DNA from: Caloramator quimbayensis
Lineage (GTDB): Bacteria > Bacillota > Clostridia > Clostridiales > Caloramatoraceae
Length of the DNA stretch: 24,000 nucleotides
Assembly: GCF_900167605.1 (NCBI RefSeq)
Contig: NZ_FUYH01000015.1
Location: 27,472 to 51,471, forward strand
Reading direction: 5' to 3'
The translations under genes and the position numbers were made by a program. The notes below the pieces were generated by a model that ran no database searches, had not been told where the DNA came from, and saw only the letters and a program-made list of their open reading frames with translations. The stretch's first letter is position 1. Each line of letters begins with the position of its first letter. Shown here one piece after another: positions 1 to 7,300 of this stretch.

Positions 1-1
1 T

Positions 2-784
2 GAAAGTGCTGAAAAAATTTATGAAGCTGCAAAGTCAATGGATAATCCTCCTAAAAAATTTGTAGGGCCGATTTTGCATGATATATTAAAATATGATGAA
101 AATATTTTATTTAACAAGTCAAATGAAGCTTCTGAAGTTTTGAGCTGTTTAGAAAAGTTCTCGCAAGATTCAAAGGCTGAAGAATTTTTTAAAAGCAACA
201 ACGAGTTATATATAAAAATGATAAATGATTTTACAGACGAAATAAACTTTGATTATATTAAGAGGCTTGAAGACTTTTTTGGGGAAAAGCCTAAAAATTC
301 TAAGTTTGTTGTGGTTTTATCAACGGTTATGGATGGAGGACAAGCAACGCATATAGAGTTAGATGATGGAAGCGTTGTTTATTATAATATTATGAATCCA
401 AGTCAAGATAAGCACAATAACCTCCTTACTCTTTATCATGAAACTGCTCATAATTTCTATGATGTAAGTTTAAAAAATAAAGACTTAATAGCTAAGTATT
501 TGATATACAGCGATATTGTTGGGAAAAATGAGAATAATTTTGAAAGGCAGATTAACGAAACTATAATAAGGGCAGTTACTGCAATAGTGTTAGAAAAGTA
601 TCATCCTGATATTGATGCAAAGAAGGACATTATAACTTTTGAGAAACAGGGCTATAAGAATCTTAATAACATATATGAGTTGATAAAGAGTGAATACCTG
701 ACCAATAGACAAAATTACAAAACCTTTAATACTTTCGTTCCAGTTATTTTCGAATTTATTAAAAATAGTAGTAAAAATAACTAA
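2..784 (+). CDS. Hypothetical protein with HExxH motif, 5'-truncated by the window edge
   Basis: The frame is open from position 2, with no stop before the ATG at 38, so the gene probably starts upstream of the window. Stop is TAA 782-784. The translation contains HETAH (nt 437-451), a possible zinc-metallopeptidase-type motif. I cannot assign a family by eye. Confidence 0.6.
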   Translation, partial: ESAEKIYEAAKSMDNPPKKFVGPILHDILKYDENILFNKSNEASEVLSCLEKFSQDSKAEEFFKSNNELYIKMINDFTDEINFDYIKRLEDFFGEKPKNSKFVVVLSTVMDGGQATHIELDDGSVVYYNIMNPSQDKHNNLLTLYHETAHNFYDVSLKNKDLIAKYLIYSDIVGKNENNFERQINETIIRAVTAIVLEKYHPDIDAKKDIITFEKQGYKNLNNIYELIKSEYLTNRQNYKTFNTFVPVIFEFIKNSSKNN

Positions 785-792
785 ATTTTCAA

Positions 793-1002
793 GGGACAGT
801 TAACAATTATTTATAACTTTTTTAGAAATGTTTTTGAGATTTGAGGGACGGTTAATTATTTTTCACATTTAAGTAAAGATATCAGTGGTATTAGTGGGAC
901 GGTTAATGATTATTCATATTTTTAAATGAAAAATAATTGTTAACTGTCCCCCAAGTTTATAAAATATCATGTCTATTATTTGATATAATAAGTAACCGTC
1001 CC
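793..1002. repeat. Cluster of five copies of the GGGAC(G/A)GTTAA-type interspersed repeat; 793-950 forms a MITE-like unit
   Basis: + strand copies: 793-812 (GGGACAGTTAACAATTATTT), 845-860 (GGGACGGTTAATTATT), 896-914 (GGGACGGTTAATGATTATT). - strand copies: 931-950 (exact reverse complement of 793-812) and 984-1002 (rc GGGACGGTTACTTATTATA). All lie in the 323-nt gap between two CDSs. Confidence 0.8.
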
Positions 1003-1107
1003 CCTGCTTCCCATGCTTTGAAATAAGTTTTTATTTGAGGCTTTTATATGAAGCATTTATATGGTAGTATAAGTAAAGTAAAATATTATGATTAAGAGGT
1101 TGGTTTT

Positions 1108-2166
1108 ATGGATTTTGTTAGTTACTTAAAAAAAGAACTTGATAATATATTGTTTTTGGAAATAGCAAAAGATATTAAAGTTAAAGACAGGGTGATTCTT
1201 CAAAGGGGGGAATATCCTGTATATTCAAGGGATATGGTATCTTTAGCAAAGGGAGAAAAGGAAAATATACCTATAAGCTTTTTTATTAATGGTATGGCCT
1301 ATGTGTTAAGCTGCGATTTGTCCTTTAAGTATAGGGATTTTTATATAGATTGCTTAAAAAATATAAAAGAAGCAAAAAGCTATTTGATTATGCAGATTGA
1401 AAACAATAAAAACACTAATTTAAAGGAAGCTTTAATTTATGCAAGAGCTCTTTGTACAATATATAATCAGAAGGAATACATAATGAATCAGATTTATTTG
1501 CTGATGAGTCTTAACGAAAAAACAGGGTATAAATTTTTAGAGGAAGAGATTGTCTATGAGCTTAAAAATTTATCAAAGGATTACCCTGATTATTCAGCTC
1601 CTCACTTTTTCCTTGGAGAATATTATCTTGATAAGGATAGGGCTCTATCTAAAATGTATCTTTCAAAATGCTTAAATGATGAAAAATTTAAAAGAAAAGC
1701 TGAGGAATATATAAATAAAATAGATATTACTGAGGAATACGATAAGGCAGTTGAGAAAATAAAAGTAGGAGAAGGAAGCAGAGTTATAGATGTTTTAAAC
1801 AGGTATTTAGAATTTTATCCTAACGATATGAACTGCAAATATTATTTAGCTATGGCTCTAAGGCAGAGGGGAGATTATGAAAATGCTCTGTTTACTTTAT
1901 ATGAGCTTTTGGAAAATGGGGAGCTTCCGGAGATATATAATGAGATTGGACTGAATTATGCCTGTATTAATCAATTTGACAGGGCCCTTGAGAGCTTCAA
2001 AAGCTCTTTAAAGATAAAGCCTGACAACTCTGATATTATATGCAATATGGGAGTTTGTCACTATTATCTTAATAATTTAGAAGAAGCACAGAAAGCTTTT
2101 AACCTCGCATTAAGATTAAATCCAAAGGACGATGTTGCAAAGCTTTGGATTGAAAAATGCAGATAA
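1108..2166 (+). CDS. Tetratricopeptide (TPR) repeat protein
   Basis: ATG follows AAGAGG. The C-terminal half has TPR-like repeats (YYLAMALRQRGDYENAL, YNEIGLNYACINQFDRALESFKSSLKIKPDN, NMGVCHYYLNNLEEAQKAFNLALRLNPKD). The N-terminal half is not recognisable. Confidence 0.8.
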   Translation: MDFVSYLKKELDNILFLEIAKDIKVKDRVILQRGEYPVYSRDMVSLAKGEKENIPISFFINGMAYVLSCDLSFKYRDFYIDCLKNIKEAKSYLIMQIENNKNTNLKEALIYARALCTIYNQKEYIMNQIYLLMSLNEKTGYKFLEEEIVYELKNLSKDYPDYSAPHFFLGEYYLDKDRALSKMYLSKCLNDEKFKRKAEEYINKIDITEEYDKAVEKIKVGEGSRVIDVLNRYLEFYPNDMNCKYYLAMALRQRGDYENALFTLYELLENGELPEIYNEIGLNYACINQFDRALESFKSSLKIKPDNSDIICNMGVCHYYLNNLEEAQKAFNLALRLNPKDDVAKLWIEKCR

Positions 2167-2226
2167 TATTTATAAGAAATGGTGTTAGTTAAATTTTTTG
2201 TAAGATTAAAATAAAGATAGAGAAAA

Positions 2227-2261
2227 GCGAAAAAGCAGATATAAGCTTTTTCGCTTTTTTT
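2227..2261 (+). terminator. Rho-independent terminator of the TPR gene
   Basis: Perfect 10-bp stem GCGAAAAAGC (2227-2236) / GCTTTTTCGC (2245-2254), extendable by A/T pairs, followed by T7 (2255-2261). Confidence 0.8.
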
Positions 2262-2407
2262 GTGTGCCCGGCATGGGCGGCAGCTTGGCAGTTAATGTCC
2301 CTATGGGCTTGAAGTGGGAACTATTAGCCAATGAATAGGGTGTGCATTGTGAGCATGAATGTTAAAAAATCCGGAGAATAGAGAAAACTTTTCATACTAA
2401 CTGTCCC
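2262..2407. repeat. Mosaic intergenic repeat, copy A (GC-rich GTGTGCCCGGCATGGGC module plus inverted GGGACAGTTAGT module)
   Basis: 2262-2278 is identical to 3716-3732, and similarity continues for about 60 nt (AGCTTGG, CTATGGGCT versus CTATTGGCT). The reverse complement of 2371-2407 (GGGACAGTTAGTATGAAAAGTTTTCTCTATTCTCCGG) matches 3827-3863 with a few substitutions and one indel. The module starts immediately after the terminator T-tract. Confidence 0.7.
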
Positions 2408-2415
2408 CATATATA

Positions 2416-2444
2416 TTGATTATATGAATAATATATAATAAAAT
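2416..2444 (+). promoter_or_regulatory. Candidate sigma-A promoter for ccdA
   Basis: TTGATT (2416-2421), 17-nt spacer, TAAAAT (2439-2444), about 35 nt upstream of the GTG start. AT-rich context, so specificity is limited. Confidence 0.35.
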
Positions 2445-2478
2445 ATACATATACCCCTAAGGGGTAGGAGGTGATTGT

Positions 2479-3153
2479 GTGAAGGACATAACCTTAGGTA
2501 TAGTTTTTTTAGAGGGCGTTGCATCTTTTTTATCACCCTGTTTATTACCGCTTATACCTATATATATTGCTTATTTGTCTGGTGAAGCAAGAAATAAAAG
2601 ACTCATAAAAAATTCAGCCTCATTTATATTTGGATTTACGATTATTTTCGTTTTACTTGGAGCGGCTGCAAGCGGAATTGGAAAGTTTCTAATTGCATAT
2701 AGGGATTTTTTTGATAAGATACTTGGAATTCTAATTATATTTATGGGGTTATTTTATATTGACGTTATTAAATCTAATTTCTTGATGATGGAAAGAAAAC
2801 TTGATATTGAAGTGCAAAATGATGGCTTTTTTAACGGGTTTTTGCTTGGGGTTGGACTTGCTTTTGGATGGACTCCCTGCGTAGGCCCGATACTTGCATC
2901 AGTGCTTGCAATAGCTGCAAGCAAAAGCTCCATGACATATGGAATCCTGCTATTATTTGTGTATTCAATGGGAATAGCTGTTCCATTTATTATAATTGCA
3001 ATTCTAATTCAAAGATTTAATATAAAAAATAATATTCTTATGAAGAGAGCAAAAACAATTAAACTGATTACAGGTATTATTATGATTATAACCGGCATAC
3101 TATTATTTACCGGATATATAGGAAAACTTTCAAGTATATTATGGAGGTTATAA
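2479..3153 (+). CDS. ccdA: Cytochrome c biogenesis / thiol-disulfide electron transfer membrane protein CcdA (DsbD family)
   Basis: GTG start 7 nt after AGGAGG. Polytopic membrane protein with the two conserved Cys motifs LSPCLLPLIP and WTPCVGPIL typical of CcdA/DsbD-beta. Confidence 0.9.
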   Translation: MKDITLGIVFLEGVASFLSPCLLPLIPIYIAYLSGEARNKRLIKNSASFIFGFTIIFVLLGAAASGIGKFLIAYRDFFDKILGILIIFMGLFYIDVIKSNFLMMERKLDIEVQNDGFFNGFLLGVGLAFGWTPCVGPILASVLAIAASKSSMTYGILLLFVYSMGIAVPFIIIAILIQRFNIKNNILMKRAKTIKLITGIIMIITGILLFTGYIGKLSSILWRL

Positions 3154-3155
3154 AT

Positions 3156-3674
3156 ATGAGTAAAAAATCGATTTTAATAATAGTAATTGTATTATTATTT
3201 TCTATTATAGGTTATACCTTTTTTAAAAGCAGACAGAATGAAAACAAGCAAAATACTGATAATCTTCAAGCGGTGATGGATTTTACGCTTAAAAATTTAA
3301 ATGGGGATAATGTTAAACTTTCTGATTATAAGGGGAAGGTGGTTGTCCTTAATTTCTTTGCGACTTGGTGTCCCCCATGCAAAGCTGAGCTTCCCGGATT
3401 TGCTAAGATGGCAGATGAATATAATGGGAAAGATGTGGTATTTGCATTTGTTGACGTTGGAGAAGATGACGGAACTGTTAAGAGTTTCTTAAAAGCTAAT
3501 AATTATAATTTTACTCCTTTAATGGACTATGATGGTAAAGTATCGGATATGTATGGAGTTAGAGGAATTCCAACAACATTTATAATAAATAGGGATTTTA
3601 AAATTACAAATCAGCATGTAGGATTTATGGATGAAGGAACTTTAAAGGATTTAGTAGATGAGGCGTTAAAATAA
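3156..3674 (+). CDS. TlpA/ResA-like membrane-anchored thioredoxin-fold thiol-disulfide oxidoreductase
   Basis: N-terminal membrane anchor (ILIIVIVLLFSIIGYTFF) and redox motif FFATWCPPCKAELP. I prefer ATG 3156 (GGAGG at 3143-3147, 8-nt spacing) over the track start at 3141. It overlaps or abuts the ccdA stop, so the two are probably co-translated as an operon. Confidence 0.88.
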   Translation: MSKKSILIIVIVLLFSIIGYTFFKSRQNENKQNTDNLQAVMDFTLKNLNGDNVKLSDYKGKVVVLNFFATWCPPCKAELPGFAKMADEYNGKDVVFAFVDVGEDDGTVKSFLKANNYNFTPLMDYDGKVSDMYGVRGIPTTFIINRDFKITNQHVGFMDEGTLKDLVDEALK

Positions 3675-3680
3675 TGTGGG

Positions 3681-3713
3681 ACGGTTAATGATTATTATCA
3701 TTAACCGTTTTTT
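3681..3713 (+). terminator. Rho-independent terminator of the ccdA-tlpA operon, built from a repeat copy
   Basis: Perfect 12-bp stem ACGGTTAATGAT (3681-3692) / ATCATTAACCGT (3697-3708), loop TATT, then T5 (3709-3713). The left arm is part of a GGGACGGTTAATGATTATT repeat copy (3678-3696). Confidence 0.8.
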
Positions 3714-3715
3714 AG

Positions 3716-3863
3716 GTGTGCCCGGCATGGGCTATAGCTTGGTTATTAGAGTTGGCTATTGGCTCGGTAGTGTGGTGTGGAATATGAAGAGAGATAGAGG
3801 GAAGCCATACTTAGATGGGATATTTTGGGACGGTTAGTGTAAAAAAGTTTTCTCAATCTCCGA
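3716..3863. repeat. Mosaic intergenic repeat, copy B (GTGTGCCCGGCATGGGC module plus direct GGGACGGTTAGT module)
   Basis: 3716-3732 is identical to 2262-2278. 3827-3863 (GGGACGGTTAGTGTAAAAAAGTTTTCTCAATCTCCGA) is the inverted partner of 2371-2407. It is followed by a 16-nt tandem duplication, AATCTCCGATGTTAGG (3855-3870) and AATCTCCGGTGTTAGA (3871-3886), and a hairpin TCTCCGGT (3873-3880) / ACCGGAGA (3888-3895). The segment is visibly more G+C rich than its flanks. Confidence 0.7.
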
Positions 3864-3912
3864 TGTTAGGAATCTCCGGTGTTAGATACCGGAGAAAGGA
3901 GGAAAAAAGTAC

Positions 3913-3951
3913 CACCCAGTTGACGAGGTTAAGTCAGCTGGGTGTTTTTTT
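3913..3951 (+). terminator. Orphan rho-independent terminator with no CDS upstream
   Basis: 12-bp stem CACCCAGTTGAC (3913-3924) / GTCAGCTGGGTG (3933-3944) with one G-U pair, 8-nt loop, then T7 (3945-3951). The nearest upstream CDS already terminates at 3681-3713. Confidence 0.8.
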
Positions 3952-4095
3952 GTAGCTTTAAAAAAAGATTTACATTCTAACATAGAGCATAAAACAGGTT
4001 AAATATTCGTTTTTTATGTTCGTGGATAATGAAGAAATAGCATTTTTAAGTGTTTATAGGCTCGATTATAAAAGATAATAAATTTGCAGATACAT

Positions 4096-4124
4096 TTGAC
4101 ATATAAAGGAAAAAAAGTATAAAA
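4096..4124 (+). promoter_or_regulatory. Candidate sigma-A promoter for the large secreted protein gene
   Basis: Consensus TTGACA (4096-4101), 17-nt spacer, TAAAAT (4119-4124). This would give a leader of about 200 nt before the GTG at 4335. Confidence 0.4.
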
Positions 4125-4334
4125 TAGTATTAAACTAAAATAGAAGTACAAACTATGATTTGTGATATATATCAAACAAAAACATTGTTAATTCTTGATT
4201 AAAAGATTATATTATCGATGAAAAAATAAAATCATTATTTTGATGTAAGAATAAAATATTATAAGGTTTTATTTTGAATTTATAAAGTTGCTATATGAGC
4301 AGCTTTTATAAATATAAATTAGGGGGGAGTATTT

Positions 4335-7300
4335 GTGTTTTTTAAATCAAAACTTTCTAAGAAAGTGACTTCGTTGTTTGTCGTAATGGTTATTGTTTTA
4401 AACTTTTTTAGTACAAGCATTCCTGCTTTAGCAGCACAGCCTCAGAGGATAGCAGCATGGGATTACACAGCAGCTCCAACAACTTATCCTGTTCCTGCCA
4501 CAGATGGAGAATATAAAGATGGGGCAGTTTTAAAGAATTTTAAGGATGCAATACCATCTTATAGTAAAGGAAGCTTATCTATTAATGGCTGGGACAATGG
4601 AGAGAATAGTAAGTACTGGCAGATTGAGTTTTCAACAAAAGGTTATGACAATTTAAGCTTATCTGCAAAGACTCGTTCATCATCAACAGGACCGAGGGAT
4701 TTTAAGCTTATTTACAGCATCGATGAAGGGAATACATGGCTTGATGTTCCAAACAGCACTTATGCAATAACAGGAACTGACCTTAGCAATTATATGCCTG
4801 AAATTAATTTGCCAAGCGATTTAGCAGATAAGGATAAAGTATATGTAAGATTTATAATGACAAGTAATACATCAAGTACTTCTACGACTACCACAGAAGT
4901 GCAATCAGGTGGTACAAGCAACATTAACAATATAATAATTACTGGCACTCCTGTATCTAATGCTCAGACAGTAGCAGGTATTACTGCAGTACCTGAAAGC
5001 GGCGCAGAAGTTGCATTAGGCTCAAAGGTTTCTCTTTACTGTGAAACTGAAGGTGCAACCATAATGTATTCGATTAATGACAGTGAATTTATCCCATATA
5101 ATCAAGAGGAACAAATAACTCTTAAAACATTACCAGCAACTATAAAGGCCTATGGAATTAAAGATGGATTAAATAACAGCGTTATATCTACGTTTAGCTA
5201 CATTCAAGGCAAAACAGCTGCAGTTACAGCAAATCCTAATGGGGGAGCTGTTCCTCTTAATAAAGAGGTTGCTCTTTCCTGTGAAACTCCAAATTCTACG
5301 ATTAAATATTCCCTTGATGATGGTACAACGTGGAATGATTATTCAGCACCCATAGTTTTAAATAATCTTCCTGCAACAATAAAGGCCTATGCAACAGCAG
5401 AAGGACTGCTTGACAGCCCCGTAACGACTTTCACCTTTACTGAAAAAGTTAGTGAAGAATATAATATATACTTTGGCCAACTTCACTCCCATACAACTAA
5501 TTCTGATGGTTTAGGAACACTTGATGATGCCTACAGTTATGCAAAGGGAACTGCAAAGCTCGACTTTTTCGCAGTAACTGACCATTCAAATTCCTTTGAC
5601 AATGCTTCAACTTCAAGTATGGCTGATGGTTCAAAGAGTACAAAATGGCTGAATGGAAGAGCAGCAGCGGATAAATATACAGACAGCAGCTTTGTTGGAA
5701 TATACGGCTTTGAAATGACTTGGTCAAACGGTACAGGACATATGAATACTTTTAATACTCCTGGATTTGAAACCCGTGATACTGCAAAGTATAAGCTTTT
5801 AGATGGACTAAAGCAGTATTATGATGTATTAAAACAATTTCCTGATTCAATATCACAGATGAACCATCCAGGACCTACCTTTGGAGATTTTAATGATTTT
5901 GCATATTATGACCCTCAAATAGATAAGCTGATTACTTTAATTGAAGTAGGTAATGGAGAAGGAGCGATTGGAAGCAGCGGGTATTTCCCATCTTATGAAT
6001 ATTATCAGAGGGCTCTTGATAAGGGGTGGCACCTTGCACCAACAAATAATCAGGACAACCATCTTGGAAACTGGGGAACAGCAAATACAGGAAGAACCGT
6101 TATTTTAGCTGACAGTTTAACAAGGGACAATGTTTATGATGCTATGAGAAATATGAGGGTTTATGCCACTGAGGATAGTAACTTAAGAATTAAATATACT
6201 TTAAATGGAGAAGTAATGGGAAGCATATTAGAGAATAAACCCTTTAGTGTAAACATAAAGGTTGATATTGAAGATGCTGATAATGAAGCTCTTGGGAAAA
6301 TTTCAGTAATTGCAAACGGCGGGAAGGTAGTTGATTCAAAAACAGTTTCAACTAATAAGGATTTAATAGAATTTAATCTTTCTGCTAATTATTCATATTA
6401 CTATATAAGAGTAGATGAGGCTGATAAGGATATTGCAGTTACAGCACCAGTTTGGATAGGTGAAGTTGATAAGGCTGGTATTTCAAAGACAACACCAAGC
6501 ACAACACTTCCAATAAAGGGTGAGAGCTTTAAAATAACTACAAATTATTTTAACAATGAAAACTATCCTATGGAAATAACAAGCTTAGTTTATTCAATAA
6601 ATGGTGAGGTAATAAATTCTGCATCTGAATTAACTTTTGTGCCTTCTTTAGGAACAGGCTCATACTCCTTTGATTATGTTGCGCCTTCTGCAGGGAAATA
6701 CAATATAGATGTAAGAATGACAGCAAAAATTAATGGCGTTGAAAAAATTTATACAGATGTTTTAAAGATAGAAGTTGTTGACCCTGCAATAACGACTAAA
6801 GTTGTTGTAGATGCAACACATTTTAATGATTATGTTTATGGATATTATGCAAATAATTTAAATAACTTTACAACGATAGCAAACAGCCAAAAGATTGCTG
6901 TAAATATCGAGAAGAATAAGCTGACTGATGATGTTTTAAAGGATGCACAGCTATTGATTATAACGGCCCCAGCAAAAAAATCGGGAACTGTAAATGGTGT
7001 TCCATATCAGCCCCAAAGCTTTAGCGAAGAGGATATTGCTGTGGTTAAAAGATTTGTAGACAAGGGAGGAAACCTTATAATATGCGGAATTGCTGACTAT
7101 CAGGACGGCACAGGAGAATATCAGACATCAACTCAGATGAATAGACTTTTAGAAGGAATAGGGGCAACAACAAGATTTAACAACGATGAGGTTGTTGATG
7201 ATGTTAATAAATTAAACAATCAAAACTTCAGACTTGCCTTTAGGAACTATAATTTTAATTCGCCTTATTTAAGTGGCGTTCTTCCAGAACAAAACTATAG

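Noticed and set aside
2262-2312. Small hydrophobic ORFs starting at the GTG of the GC-rich module as possible type I toxin-like peptides: VCPAWAAAWQLMSLWA at 2262-2312 and VCPAWAIAWLLELAIGSVVWCGI at 3716-3787. Also the - strand MPGT... mini-ORFs running into the terminators.
   Set aside because: No Shine-Dalgarno precedes any of them; the upstream sequence is a terminator T-tract. The two copies diverge without a synonymous-substitution pattern, and their lengths differ. The conserved part is better explained at the nucleotide level.
3141-3155. N-terminal extensions suggested by the ORF track for tlpA-like (3141), dctM (22283) and the response regulator (19089).
   Set aside because: Internal starts at 3156, 22307 and 19107 have properly spaced GGAGG/GAGGTG Shine-Dalgarno sites and give canonical N-termini. 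The longer forms would start inside the upstream gene without a ribosome-binding site. The response regulator start remains uncertain.
3301-3492. A + strand 63-aa ORF nested out of frame inside the TlpA/ResA-like gene.
   Set aside because: It lies entirely within a CDS whose thioredoxin motif (WCPPC) is read in the other frame, and it has no ribosome-binding site or recognisable motif.
3677-3693. Resemblance of TGGGACGGTTAATGAT to a sigma-54 promoter (TGGCACG-N4-TTGCW).
   Set aside because: The invariant -12 GC is absent (TGA instead of TGC). Other copies lack the TGG or the -12 element entirely (GAGGGAC at 843-849, TTATT at 857-861). No sigma-54 activator (AAA+ EBP) gene is in the window.
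3685-3704. The palindrome TTAATGATTATTATCATTAA as a possible Fur/PerR/Zur-type metalloregulator box next to redox genes.
   Set aside because: It does not fit the 7-1-7 TGATAATNATTATCA or TTATAATNATTATAA consensus. It sits downstream of the operon, not at a promoter, and is fully explained as the stem of a terminator followed by a T-tract.
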